A DNA stretch of 64,000 nucleotides, from contig JAZDNO010000019.1 in the NCBI GenBank assembly GCA_043799545.1, positions 64,001 through 128,000 on the forward strand, written 5' to 3'. The translations under genes and the position numbers were made by a program. A model generated the notes under the pieces. It saw only the letters and a list, made by a program, of their open reading frames with translations. It had not been told where the DNA came from and ran no database searches. Every line of letters begins with the position of its first letter. Within the stretch, counting starts at the first letter, position 1. Source of the stretch: Methanobacteriota archaeon. Lineage in GTDB: Archaea > Thermoplasmatota > Thermoplasmata > SG8-5 > DAIRED01. Shown here in pieces: positions 1 to 11,448 of this stretch.

Positions 1-56
1 ACAGCCAATCTCGGACCGGGACGCGCGTTCCGGCCAGCCTCGTTCGTTGGCAAGGT

Positions 57-1706
<1,650 letters not shown>

Positions 1707-1747
1707 TGGGACACCAGCCGCCACATCGCCGCAACATTAAAAATACT

Positions 1748-2872
1748 TTACTTTAAATCTATAGCTTTCTCCGGGCATACTTCATGGCAACAATAGCATC
1801 GTATGCACCTTTTGTAGTCCATCACGGCGATTGGCTTCCCCTTGCCCTTCGCCTTGATTTCGATGCACTTCTTCGGGCACATCTTCGCGCACTCCCCGCA
1901 CGCGGTGCACCTTGCTGGGTCCGGCACCGGCCTGCGCGTCCATCTGCGCAGCAGGAACTCGGGCGCTGCGGCCGGCAGGTTGCTGACCTTCGCCTTCGTC
2001 CATTTGAACCTGATGTCGGAGAAGTCGGCCAGGGTTGCACCCACCACGTCAACATCCTCAATCTTTCCGGTGGATATTCCCCGCGCAACGGCGTTTGAGA
2101 TGGTCGGGACCGCGAGAGGGCTCATTTTCACGAGGGATGTGGCAACGATGTCCATCGCCGTTGGGTCGTCCGATGCCAGTATCGCCCCGACCTTCTTAGG
2201 GTCCCCGCCTGACGGTCCCGCGCCCTCCATGCCGACGATTCCGTCCATTATCACGAGCGCCGGCTTAGCCCAAAGGGCAAGGTCGAGCAGCATCTCCGAA
2301 AAGTCCCGGGCGTCGGGGAGCTTGGCATGGTAAGCCTCCTTGGAATAGCCAGGGATGAGGCCGTAGTGAATCTTCACGGCGCCGGTGAACGTTGTGAACG
2401 AATGAGTCTTCAATTTCGGCAGGGAGACGATTTTGTCCGCCTCCGCCGCGGCCTCAATTATCTCGAAGTTTTTTATCAGCTTCCCATCTGGATACGACAC
2501 GCGCACGGTGCCGATATTCTGGTTCAGCCCCGCTTTCGTTCCCTCGACGGCCTCGTGCATCTGGCTCTTTCGGTAGCACTTCTCCAGCCTGGCTTGCGTG
2601 AAGCCCATCGCGGGGCTGTCGCCGACGACGACCTTCGCCCCTGCCGCTTCGAGGAGCTGGATGGCCGCCTTCACGACTGCGGGGTGCGTAGTAACGGCAT
2701 CGTCCGGCGCCTTCGGCATCAGGAGGTTGACCTTCAGGAAGACCTTGTCTCCGGGAGAGATGAAACGGCCGATTCCGCCGAGGCTTGCCACTGCGCCGTT
2801 AACAGCCTTCGAGACCTCCGCGTCATCGTACGAGCCGCACTTCGCAATCGAGACCCTTGTCCTTTCGCTCAT
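1748..2872 (-). CDS. DUF362 family protein with C-terminal 2x[4Fe-4S] ferredoxin domain
   Basis: N-terminal KVFLKVNLL...TTHP, LPKLKTH, GAVK, DGIVGMEGAGP. C-terminal CTACGECAKMCP and CIRCYCCHEVCP. Confidence 0.88.
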   Translation of the reverse strand: MSERTRVSIAKCGSYDDAEVSKAVNGAVASLGGIGRFISPGDKVFLKVNLLMPKAPDDAVTTHPAVVKAAIQLLEAAGAKVVVGDSPAMGFTQARLEKCYRKSQMHEAVEGTKAGLNQNIGTVRVSYPDGKLIKNFEIIEAAAEADKIVSLPKLKTHSFTTFTGAVKIHYGLIPGYSKEAYHAKLPDARDFSEMLLDLALWAKPALVIMDGIVGMEGAGPSGGDPKKVGAILASDDPTAMDIVATSLVKMSPLAVPTISNAVARGISTGKIEDVDVVGATLADFSDIRFKWTKAKVSNLPAAAPEFLLRRWTRRPVPDPARCTACGECAKMCPKKCIEIKAKGKGKPIAVMDYKRCIRCYCCHEVCPEKAIDLK

Positions 2873-2951
2873 GGACACCACCATCCCCACGCTGCGTAAA
2901 AGGATTGCCGCTGAACCGAAAGCTAATCAACGACCGAAGCAATGCGGAGCC

Positions 2952-3566
2952 GTGAAGCGCATCTCCCTCGAAATCGCCCTCCAGAATCGGCCCCAGTTCC
3001 CGTCGCCGGACCCGTCGCTGGAGCAGTACCTCACCCCCGCGCCGCTCGCAGCGGACATCCTCTACTGGGCGCTGGCAGAGGGCGACATCCAGGGCAAGAG
3101 CGTCCTCGACCTGGGCTGCGGGACGGGGATTTTCGCGGTCGGCGCGTCGCTGCTCGGTGCGAATCGAGCCGTCGGCGTGGATTTGGATGGTAGCGCTTTG
3201 ACTGCGGCGCGGGAATTCGCTGGCAAAGCTCGCGCGGACGTCGGTTTCGTCCGCGCTGATGCGAATCATCTGCCGTTCAAGAACAAGTCCGTGGCAGACA
3301 CGGTCCTGATGAACCCGCCCTTCGGCAGCCAGAAGCGCCATGCCGACAGGCCTTTCGCCGAGGCCGCGGCCTCGCTAGCGCGCGTGGTCTATTGCATACA
3401 CCTCGCCGAAACCGAACCGTTCGCGAGGCGGCTCTACGAAAAGCTCGGCGCTCGAAGCCTCGCATCGAAAACCTATAAATTCGAGATACCGCATACCTAT
3501 GAATTCCACAGGCGCGAAAAAGAGCTTGTCGATGTCGCGGTGCTCAGGGTGGGGATGGTGAAGTGA
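2952..3566 (+). CDS. METTL5-family RNA N6-adenine methyltransferase
   Basis: LEQYLTP, DLGCGTG (SAM binding) and MNPPFG. GTG start at 2952 after GGAG; adjacent to csl4. Confidence 0.9.
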   Translation: MKRISLEIALQNRPQFPSPDPSLEQYLTPAPLAADILYWALAEGDIQGKSVLDLGCGTGIFAVGASLLGANRAVGVDLDGSALTAAREFAGKARADVGFVRADANHLPFKNKSVADTVLMNPPFGSQKRHADRPFAEAAASLARVVYCIHLAETEPFARRLYEKLGARSLASKTYKFEIPHTYEFHRREKELVDVAVLRVGMVK

Positions 3567-4150
3567 TGGGACGTTCGGGGGACGGCCGGAAGGTCGTGAT
3601 GCCAGGGGAGGAGATAGCGGCCTCGGAGGAGTTCGTCGTGGGAGAAGGCACGTACGAGCGCGAGGGCAGGATTTTTGCCTCGGTGACCGGGACAGTCGAG
3701 CTGGACAAGCTGGATATGGTGGCGCGGGTCAGGGCTCTCAACGCTCCGAGGCAGCTCAAGGCCGGGGACACGATAGTCGGCGCAGTCTCGGAAATAAGGG
3801 GAACTATGGTGAACATACAGACAATCGCTCCGGAGGAAGATGGCCGCAGGATGACCGGGCAGGACATGGGGACCATCCACATATCGAAGGTCACGGAAGG
3901 CCGCAGCGACGACCTGCGCGAGATGTTCAGGCTGGGCGACGTGGTCAGGGCGAAGGTCATCCAGGTCAAGCCGTCCCTCCAGCTCACCACCGCCGGTCCG
4001 GACTTCGGGGTTATCAAGGCGTTCTGCACGAAGTGCCGGGCGCCGCTGGCCCTGCGAAAGGGGGACCTGCGCTGCGACAACTGCGAGCGCATAGAGCGAA
4101 GGAAGCTTGCCAAGGGATACAGCTCGCCAGCCTTCTTCGAAGAGGGTTGA
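3566..4150 (+). CDS. csl4: exosome complex RNA-binding protein Csl4
   Basis: VMPGEEIA...EGTYE N-domain, S1 domain (IHISKV...FRLGDVVRAKV) and Zn ribbon CTKC...CDNC...ERRKLA. TGATG coupling to the upstream gene. Confidence 0.93.
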   Translation: MGRSGDGRKVVMPGEEIAASEEFVVGEGTYEREGRIFASVTGTVELDKLDMVARVRALNAPRQLKAGDTIVGAVSEIRGTMVNIQTIAPEEDGRRMTGQDMGTIHISKVTEGRSDDLREMFRLGDVVRAKVIQVKPSLQLTTAGPDFGVIKAFCTKCRAPLALRKGDLRCDNCERIERRKLAKGYSSPAFFEEG

Positions 4151-4153
4151 AAG

Positions 4154-5854
4154 ATGCGTAAGAAGCTGGTCGAGCGCTTGTGCTCGCAGGGGATTCTCAT
4201 AGAGCCGTCGGCGTTGAAGATGCTCCAGGCGGGGCCGGAGCCGCTGGCCACCCTGGAAAGGTTCCTCGGCTCGTCCAGGCAGAACCCGCTGCTGATAACC
4301 GGCACGGACGTCCGGGAATTCCTGGATTCGGAGAATGCAAAGGCGGAGCTTCAGCCAGCGCCCGCCCCGCCCCCGCCGAGCCCCGACGAGGAGGAGCCGG
4401 ACGAGGGGGCGGCGAGGCCGTCGACGGGCGTCGCCATGTACATGGACGCCCCGTCCATGGTTCCCCCCCCTGTCGGGCCCGAACCGATCGTTCTGCGGCT
4501 GGGCGGTGGCGAAGCGGGGTCGATGCCGGACGAAACGCCGACCGTCCCGGCGGCCGAGCCGCCCAAGACATCCGGGCGCACATCCATGTCCAACCGGGCG
4601 GCGGCCAAGGGCTACGATTCAGACGTCGCGGTCATTCAAGAAATAACGGACGAGAGCCGTTGCACCGGCCAGGCGAGCGATTTCAAGAACTACTTCGAGG
4701 ACAGGCTCCGCGTCCTCAGCCGGCTCCTGAAGCAGCGACCGGAGATGGGGGGGGCGGTCAAGGTCGAGAGCGCGCTCGGCTACGACGCCCGCGAGGCGCG
4801 GGTAATCTGCATGGTCAGCGACGTCGCCCGCCCCCAGGACAAGCGCGTGAGGGGGACGTGGCTCACTGTCGAGGACGAGACTGGAACGATGCGCGTTTGG
4901 CTGCCGGACGAGGGCGGTTTCGCGGGAAAGTACGTCCTGAAGGACGAGGTCATTGGAATATTGGGAAAGGTCCAGAAGCCCAGGGGCCATCACCCCGGCA
5001 GGGACCGGGGGAACTACATCGTGGCGCAGCATCTGATCAGGCCAGAGCTCGTGGGGCCCCGCACGCCCAGGCGCTCGGAGAACCCGCTGGTGATGGCCTG
5101 CGCGGGAGACCTTCACGTCGGCAGCAGCCACTTCCTCCCCAAGCCCTGGGGGAAGCTGGTCTCGTGGCTGAAATCCGGCGACGGCACGGCCGGAAACGTC
5201 AAGTACCTGCTCATGCCCGGCGACATGGTCGACGGCATAGGAATCTATCCCAACCAGGACGAGGAGCTGGAGATTGACGACGTTTACCTGCAGTACGAGC
5301 GGCTGGCCACGATGCTTGCGGAGATACCGGACCACATAGCGCTGATAATCCTGCCCGGGAACCACGACGCCCAGAGGCTCAGCGAGCCGCAGCCGGCGCT
5401 GCCCCAGAAGGTCCGCGACATCCTGGGCACTCGCCCCTCGTACGTCGGAAACCCGAGCTACCTGATGGTCGACGGCGTGCGGGTACTGGCCTACCACGGA
5501 AGGGGATTCGACGACTTCGCGGGGAACCTCGGGCCGATAGGGTACCAGCAGCCGATGCTCCTCATGCAGGAGATGCTGAAGCGCAGGCACATGTCCCCGA
5601 TATACGGCGGCAAGAACCAGCTCGCGCCGGAGCGGCGCGACCACATGGTCATCAACCCCGTGCCGGACGTTTTCGTCACCGGCCACGTCCACGGGGCGGG
5701 GATAGAGGATTACAAGGGCGTCGTGAACATAAACGCCTCGACTTTGCAGTCGCAGACGCCGTTCCAGGCGTCGCACAACTTCAACCCGGACCCTGGCAAA
5801 GTCCCGTGGGTCAGGCTCGACACCTTCGAGTTCGGGATGGAGAGCTTCTTCTGA
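4154..5854 (+). CDS. polB: DNA polymerase D (Pol II) small subunit DP1
   Basis: Calcineurin-like motifs GDLHVGS, GDMVDG, PGNHD, YHGRGFDD, HMSPIYG and GHVH, an OB fold (VEDETG) and a Pro-rich linker. Confidence 0.95.
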   Translation: MRKKLVERLCSQGILIEPSALKMLQAGPEPLATLERFLGSSRQNPLLITGTDVREFLDSENAKAELQPAPAPPPPSPDEEEPDEGAARPSTGVAMYMDAPSMVPPPVGPEPIVLRLGGGEAGSMPDETPTVPAAEPPKTSGRTSMSNRAAAKGYDSDVAVIQEITDESRCTGQASDFKNYFEDRLRVLSRLLKQRPEMGGAVKVESALGYDAREARVICMVSDVARPQDKRVRGTWLTVEDETGTMRVWLPDEGGFAGKYVLKDEVIGILGKVQKPRGHHPGRDRGNYIVAQHLIRPELVGPRTPRRSENPLVMACAGDLHVGSSHFLPKPWGKLVSWLKSGDGTAGNVKYLLMPGDMVDGIGIYPNQDEELEIDDVYLQYERLATMLAEIPDHIALIILPGNHDAQRLSEPQPALPQKVRDILGTRPSYVGNPSYLMVDGVRVLAYHGRGFDDFAGNLGPIGYQQPMLLMQEMLKRRHMSPIYGGKNQLAPERRDHMVINPVPDVFVTGHVHGAGIEDYKGVVNINASTLQSQTPFQASHNFNPDPGKVPWVRLDTFEFGMESFF

Positions 5855-6293
5855 GCGTCCCGTCCGGCCCGACCTCGCCCCTGCACACCCTCGTGGAGGA
5901 GAGGGGGCGCCCGTCGCTCGCGCTCACGAGCCCGATTGCCAGTATCTTCAGGGCCTTCAAACCGCCCACCTCGCGCATCTCGTTGATGCGCCTGGCTCCG
6001 TCGAGAGTCTCCTCGGAGACGACTATCGCGTCGAATTCCCCGCTCGCCGCCGGCCCGATTTCGTCTTCTATTTCGCCTATCTCGTAGGGCTTTCCTTTCG
6101 CGAGCTTGTCGCACATCGCGGCCAGCTCCTTCTTCCGCAATTCGAAAGAGGGCACGTCGTGGCACTTGCCATGCGCCATGGCGCTGGAGGCGAGGCCTAT
6201 GAAAACCTCGTCGCCCACATCGAAGGCCAGGGCGAGAAGCGCTTCGTGGCCCCTGTGCAGGTGGCTGAAAGTTCCTCCGAGGCAGACCCTCAT
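5811..6293 (-). CDS. coaD: archaeal phosphopantetheine adenylyltransferase
   Basis: LGGTFSHLHRGHEALL (HxGH), VVSEET and LSSTRV. ATG at 6293; 44-nt convergent overlap with DP1. Confidence 0.88.
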   Translation of the reverse strand: MRVCLGGTFSHLHRGHEALLALAFDVGDEVFIGLASSAMAHGKCHDVPSFELRKKELAAMCDKLAKGKPYEIGEIEDEIGPAASGEFDAIVVSEETLDGARRINEMREVGGLKALKILAIGLVSASDGRPLSSTRVCRGEVGPDGTLRRSSPSRTRRCRA

Positions 6294-6382
6294 GGCGACG
6301 GGTAAGCGTTGTCTGCATAAGGCTTTTCGCGCCAGGGCGAAGACCGAAAAAGTGATTAACGCCCCCTCCATCACTCCGAATC

Positions 6383-6850
6383 ATGAATGCCCTCGTGGTC
6401 TACTACTCCAGGACGGGGATGACGAAAATAGTCGCCGAGACGGTGCGCGCGCTCCTCCAGTGCGACGCCGAGGAGCTGAAGGACACGAAGAAGCGCAAGG
6501 GGCTCGTCGGCTACATGCGCTCGGGCCGCGAGGTCATGGAGAAGGGAACGACGACGCTGGAGCCCACATCGCGCGACCCGGCGGACTACGACCTCGTAAT
6601 AGTGGGAACGCCGGTCTGGGTCTACACGATGTCCACTCCCGTGAAGGCGTGGCTCGAACAGAACGAGGCTAAGATAAAGAAGCTGGCGGTCTTCTGCACC
6701 TGCGGGAGCGACCCCGGCCACACAATCGAGGACGTGGAGGCGGCCTGCGGGCTCGTGGCCGGGGCCAAGCTCGTCGTGTTAGCGAGGATTGCCAAGAGGG
6801 CGATGCACGTAGAGGAGACGACGGAGTTCGTGAGGAAGCTGCAGGCGTAG
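6383..6850 (+). CDS. flavodoxin-like protein
   Basis: VVYYSRTGMT FMN-binding loop, VIVGTPVW and AVFCTCG. Confidence 0.88.
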   Translation: MNALVVYYSRTGMTKIVAETVRALLQCDAEELKDTKKRKGLVGYMRSGREVMEKGTTTLEPTSRDPADYDLVIVGTPVWVYTMSTPVKAWLEQNEAKIKKLAVFCTCGSDPGHTIEDVEAACGLVAGAKLVVLARIAKRAMHVEETTEFVRKLQA

Positions 6851-6883
6851 GCGCGCTGGCGCGACAGGGTTCGCACGATTGCG

Positions 6884-6908
6884 AAAACCTTATATATCGC
6901 GGGGTTTT
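6884..6908 (+). promoter_or_regulatory. BRE/TATA promoter of the S-layer-like gene, flanked by an AAAACC/GGTTTT inverted repeat
   Basis: GAAAACCTTATATATC at about 6883-6898; arms at 6884-6889 and 6903-6908. Confidence 0.55.
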
Positions 6909-6966
6909 ACGCCCTCCATGGGTGCGCTGGAAACATCTCGGCGCCACCTTTCGCGGAGGAATAAGA

Positions 6967-9234
6967 ATGAAAATAAAGAATCTATTTGCATTAGCGATTG
7001 TGGGAGCGATGCTTGCATCGGCTTTTGCCGGGCTCGCGGCGGCGGACATCATATCGGTGGACGACGACAGGGAGCTGTACATCGTCGCCACGGATTTGGA
7101 CAACCGTGACTACTTTCCGGGAGAGCAGGACATAGACTTCTACATCCAGTGGTACAACCAGGGAGGCGACATCTCCACAACGGACACAGACCTGACCGCG
7201 GTCAGCTGCACGGTGAACGCGGTGGTGCGCAACCTTGCCGGAGCGATAGTGAACAGCCCGGTGTCCTGGGACGAGAACACTGTGGACTACATGGGGACAT
7301 GGCACGAGGGGAACTTTGCGACGTTCAACAACTTCCAGTTCGACGTGGTTGGCAATGCCAAACCGGGCGTGTACAACCTGACCGTGACCCTGACGTTCAC
7401 GGACGCAGCGGAGACGGCCTCCGAGACCGAGTACATAACCTTCGAGATTCTCCAGTGCGCTTTTGTGAACGACGTCGGCGGGCTCATCCCCGGGGACAGC
7501 AACAGGAAGATAGGCGTATACGTCTCGACGGGCATGACGGGCGAGGACCTGTGGCCCGACATCACGCTGACGCTCACCAGGAACAACACGGCCTTTACGT
7601 GGTTCGGCTCGACCGGAGCGACCTCGACGTCGTCGTGGGACAACCCGATATACTCGTGGGCGGGCCACACCTTCCAGTTCCTGATTTCCGTTTCGCCATC
7701 CATGAAGGCCGGCGATTACGACTTCCAATATTCAATCAACTACACCAACGACGACGACGTGCACTGCACCGAGACGGGCGTCATCACGGTTACAGTGGGC
7801 CACCTGGCGATGATTGGCACCACAACGGCGGTCGCCTCCATCGAGCAGGGGACAACCAAGGCCAACTTCACTCTTGTGATATCGAACACCGGGACAGTGA
7901 ACCTCTACGGATTGAAGTTGCGCGTGGACCCAGCGAGCATGTACTTCACGGTCATGCCCGCGGACCACTGGGAAGGCAGCCAGCCCGTGAGCTACGCGGA
8001 GATCGAGGTGGGCGACATCGCAGTCGGCGGCTCGGTCAGCAAGACCATGGTCATAGGCTTCAACGCATACATCCCCGAGGGCAGGCACAAGCTCATGTTC
8101 GGCTTCGACTGTTTCTACTACGACCCAATATCGAGGAGCTACCTGAAGGCGAACTCGACATGGCTGGGCAACCCCTGCTATCCGTACGTGACAATGGACG
8201 GAAACGGCTTCGGGCTGTCTCCGGATGAGAGCACAGTCGACGGTCCGTTCGTCATGCTCGACGTAGTCGACAGCGCCATGGACGTGAGCCTGCAGAGCAC
8301 GACCGTTTTGTACAAATCCCTGGGGCTCATCGACAATGAGCTTGACGTCAAAGTGCTAAACTACGGATACATCGATTACGACAACGTGGTGCTGACGATG
8401 CTCACCAACAGCCCCGACTCGCCGTTCCTGAACGCCGTGGACCCGACGGCGGCCAGCTCCGAGGACGTCATCCTGCCGGGCATCTTGGGTGCGACCGACT
8501 CCGTGTGGCCGGTCCAGTCGGAATACACCGTGACGTTCCGAGTCACCTTGCGGACGGACGCGGAGATGGGCGTGTTCAACGTGCCTGTGACAGCCAGGGG
8601 AATCAACAAGGACATGGGTGTTGAGGTCGAGGCCACGCTCAACGCGAGGGTGACAATCGCCGGGGTAGGCCCAAAGCTTGTGGTAACGTCCTCGACCCCG
8701 TCGAAGATAAACCCAGGCAGCAACTTCGTACTCACGCTGACCATAGAGAACCAGGGGGACGACACCGCGCGAAACGTGGTCATGTTCTCCATCAACGGCG
8801 GAACTTGGGACAGCCTCGAGTTGAACGGAGAGCTGGCGGCGCCAGTCCCGATGATAACTCCGCTCGTCCTCCCGGACATAGCGCCCGGAGACAACATAAC
8901 AGTGACCATCGCAATGAAGTCGCCGGCAGACATGTCCAACGGACACGTCTACATGGTGGAACTCGGCGTGAGTTTCATAGACTCGTACGCCGACCCGTAC
9001 TCGTACAGCAACGCCCAGACGACGTACTTCCAGGTCTCGGTCAAGACCAACGGCATGGGCGGCTCGTCCCTGGGGAATCTCTTCTTCATACTGACGCTGG
9101 TGGGAATCGTCGTCATGATATTCCTCTGCGTCTACACGGTGGTCTGGGCGAGGAAGAACTGGGTGCCGAGGCGCAAGAAGGGAGCATCGCCGTACATTGT
9201 CGGCTCGGAGCAACCGCCGCAGCCTCCCCAGTGA
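6967..9234 (+). CDS. COG1361-type S-layer / Ig-like domain surface protein with C-terminal TM anchor
   Basis: Signal peptide, repeated Ig-like units (FTLVISNTG, FVLTLTIENQGDDTARNV, LPDIAPGD), TM helix, basic stop-transfer and Pro/Gln tail. GGAGGA precedes ATG 6967. Confidence 0.75.
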   Translation: MKIKNLFALAIVGAMLASAFAGLAAADIISVDDDRELYIVATDLDNRDYFPGEQDIDFYIQWYNQGGDISTTDTDLTAVSCTVNAVVRNLAGAIVNSPVSWDENTVDYMGTWHEGNFATFNNFQFDVVGNAKPGVYNLTVTLTFTDAAETASETEYITFEILQCAFVNDVGGLIPGDSNRKIGVYVSTGMTGEDLWPDITLTLTRNNTAFTWFGSTGATSTSSWDNPIYSWAGHTFQFLISVSPSMKAGDYDFQYSINYTNDDDVHCTETGVITVTVGHLAMIGTTTAVASIEQGTTKANFTLVISNTGTVNLYGLKLRVDPASMYFTVMPADHWEGSQPVSYAEIEVGDIAVGGSVSKTMVIGFNAYIPEGRHKLMFGFDCFYYDPISRSYLKANSTWLGNPCYPYVTMDGNGFGLSPDESTVDGPFVMLDVVDSAMDVSLQSTTVLYKSLGLIDNELDVKVLNYGYIDYDNVVLTMLTNSPDSPFLNAVDPTAASSEDVILPGILGATDSVWPVQSEYTVTFRVTLRTDAEMGVFNVPVTARGINKDMGVEVEATLNARVTIAGVGPKLVVTSSTPSKINPGSNFVLTLTIENQGDDTARNVVMFSINGGTWDSLELNGELAAPVPMITPLVLPDIAPGDNITVTIAMKSPADMSNGHVYMVELGVSFIDSYADPYSYSNAQTTYFQVSVKTNGMGGSSLGNLFFILTLVGIVVMIFLCVYTVVWARKNWVPRRKKGASPYIVGSEQPPQPPQ

Positions 9235-9495
9235 GCCGGAGAGCAAAACCCTTTTCCTTTCCTTTTCATTTTAGCAGAAATTCCGGCATGCCTTCCGCGA
9301 GATGCGACCGCCTCTTCAAGTGGAGCAACGTGACGGGCCTGACGAGGGCGGTGGGGGGCAGCTGTGGCGAAGCTGGCATCTAGTCAATTAAAACCCATAT
9401 TTTAATACACAACTAGCGATGTGGTCAATTATCGGTCACTTTTTCTCGCTCGCTATATGAACATTGACCACGCATATAGAATACGGTGATACCAA

Positions 9496-9792
9496 ATGAC
9501 CATCGAGACAATCAAGAAGACGGACGCAGGACGTGAGCTGAAGATAGTCGACGTGTCGGGCGCAAACCGGAGGAAGCAGGCCGTGAAATCCGCGGCGGTG
9601 ATGTTGGTGGCCGCGCTGGTGTTCGGCCTGGCCTTCGCTGCGGTGGCTGAGGGGGCTCACATCTCCCACGGATACGACGGCGAGCCGCGGGCCGCGGAGG
9701 ATGACGGGGGCGCAAGGCCGTGGGTCAAACTCCCCATCCCAGACTCGGACAGCGTGCCGGGCGGGGTCAGGCCCACCCGATTGCCTGCGTAA
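9496..9792 (+). CDS. small membrane/secreted hypothetical protein
   Basis: 98-aa ORF with GGTGA RBS and one hydrophobic helix (AAVMLVAALVFGLAFAAVA) after basic residues. Confidence 0.55.
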   Translation: MTIETIKKTDAGRELKIVDVSGANRRKQAVKSAAVMLVAALVFGLAFAAVAEGAHISHGYDGEPRAAEDDGGARPWVKLPIPDSDSVPGGVRPTRLPA

Positions 9793-9940
9793 ACTGCCAG
9801 TACAAACCCTTTTTTAATATATTTTTCCAGACGCTTTTGACGTGGGCGGATGGCGCAGAACCTGTCCGGGCGCGGCCGGTCCGGAAATGCGCCGAGCCAA
9901 GAAAATGATGAAAACTGTGAAAGGATTTTTCAAGTGCGCT

Positions 9941-10834
9941 TCAAAGCTTGGCGACCTTGTCGACCTTTGCCTTCGGGTCTACCTCGACCTTCCCGCCCTT
10001 CACCAGTCCGATTCTGCAGTGCGGGCCTATCACGACCTCTCCGCCGGAGACCTCTTCCGCGATGACGCCGTCGATGTCCAGGCGCCCCTTCGCGACAAGC
10101 TTTTTGACTTTCAGCCGACCGTCGTCCCTGTGAAGCTTGATCTCTATCTCGTCCGCCTCGACGGACTCGGCGTGGTTCAGGTCCACGAGGCGCAGCGAGA
10201 CCTTCTTTGCCGTCATCTTTCCGAATACGAACAAGCCGCGCCCCTCGACCGTCTCCGCCTCGATGTCCTTCATCTCCGAGGCGCCGGAGAACTTCAGTTC
10301 CCTGGCCTTGATGGTGCCGCGGATGTCTACCGCGCCTGAGAGCACGCACTTGCCCACGTTCACGTCTCCTGTGATATCGCTGGCGCCCGAGACGCGCATC
10401 GCGTCGCCGCTCACGCTCCCCTCGATGTCGCACGCTCCGCTTATCTGGATGTCCGGGGATTCGACGTTCCCCTCGATGTCGCAAGAGCCAGACGCGTGGA
10501 ACGACTTGCTAGCTTTCACGGAGCCGGCCACGTCGCACGCCCCGGAAATCTCCACCTCCTCCGCGTCCACGTCGCCGCCAACGTCGCTCGCTCCGGATAC
10601 CTCCACCTTGACCGCGAACATGTCGCCGGGGTGGTCGCTGCAGCCGGAGACGCGGATGACGGGAGCGCGCTCGCCGCCTCCCTTGGCGCCCGAAGGCGAT
10701 TTTCCCTTCCTGGAATCGTCGCCAGCCTGCGCCTCGCTTTCGTACCTCAGCTTGATTTCCTTGTACGTCTCCTCGGACACCTCGCCGTTCGCGAACTTTT
10801 CGTCCAGCTTCCTCATCATATCCTTGAGTTCCAT
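9941..10834 (-). CDS. polymer-forming cytoskeletal / beta-helix repeat protein with N-terminal SHOCT-like motif
   Basis: Repeats of the form V/I-x-V/I-SGA-C/S-D-I/V-x-G-x-V; N-terminus LDEKFANGEVSEETYKEIK. Confidence 0.7.
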   Translation of the reverse strand: MELKDMMRKLDEKFANGEVSEETYKEIKLRYESEAQAGDDSRKGKSPSGAKGGGERAPVIRVSGCSDHPGDMFAVKVEVSGASDVGGDVDAEEVEISGACDVAGSVKASKSFHASGSCDIEGNVESPDIQISGACDIEGSVSGDAMRVSGASDITGDVNVGKCVLSGAVDIRGTIKARELKFSGASEMKDIEAETVEGRGLFVFGKMTAKKVSLRLVDLNHAESVEADEIEIKLHRDDGRLKVKKLVAKGRLDIDGVIAEEVSGGEVVIGPHCRIGLVKGGKVEVDPKAKVDKVAKL

Positions 10835-10918
10835 TTTTTATCACCTCTGAGGATGCAATGGCTCTCGGGATATTTATACAATCTTCAAAATAATAATTGA
10901 CAAACGCAACCCAGGGGT

Positions 10919-10930
10919 TTGCAATTGCAA
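10919..10930. promoter_or_regulatory. perfect 12-bp palindrome TTGCAATTGCAA in a divergent promoter (candidate operator)
   Basis: Palindrome seen directly between the divergent genes starting at 10834 (-) and 10968 (+). Confidence 0.5.
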
Positions 10931-10967
10931 CGAAAAAGTTGAAATACTTGAAAATATATACAAAACC

Positions 10968-11393
10968 GTGCAAAAAAAGGCCTTCGCGATACTGTCGGTC
11001 ATGGCGTCCAAGTCCAGGAACGACGTCCTGGAATGCCTCAATGCCGGATACACGCACCCGAGCGAGATTGCCAAGAAGCTGAAGCTCACCCGCCAGGCCG
11101 TTGACAAGGCGCTGAGGGCCCTGTACGACCTTGGCATCCTCGACCGCTCGGCGGTCTTCCCGCCGGAGGGCCGGCCGAAAATCCTCTACACCATCAACCG
11201 CGCCGGCAGGAACCTGATACGGGCTCTGGAGGATGCGAGCCAGAACTACATCGACGACTTGGACGGGCGCCTCAGGGAAGAGCTGGCCGCCCTCGACGCC
11301 GCGCTGGCGGAGGGGCGGATGGGCGAGGAGGTCTACCTCAGGAAGCGCGGGGAGATAGAGGGAAGGCGCGGGGAGAATCCTCCCGGACTTTGA
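10968..11393 (+). CDS. winged-HTH (ArsR/TrmB-like) transcriptional regulator with C-terminal SHOCT-like motif
   Basis: HPSEIAKKLKLTRQAVDKALRALYDLGIL HTH and GRPKILYTI wing. C-terminus LAEGRMGEEVYLRKRGEIE. GTG start. Confidence 0.8.
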   Translation: MQKKAFAILSVMASKSRNDVLECLNAGYTHPSEIAKKLKLTRQAVDKALRALYDLGILDRSAVFPPEGRPKILYTINRAGRNLIRALEDASQNYIDDLDGRLREELAALDAALAEGRMGEEVYLRKRGEIEGRRGENPPGL

Positions 11394-11448
11394 CATCGGC
11401 CATGGAAAGCCTTTTACCAGAATCCCGCATCCTCCGAACCGTGCTCAG

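Noticed and set aside
4335-4620. Pro/Glu-rich insertion in DP1 as a possible intein or mobile insert
   Set aside because: No Cys/Ser start, His-Asn end or LAGLIDADG motifs; a variable disordered linker is normal in DP1.
9288-9383. 31-codon ORF MPSARCDRLFKWSNVTGLTRAVGGSCGEAGI
   Set aside because: No RBS or promoter support and no recognisable motif; likely chance.
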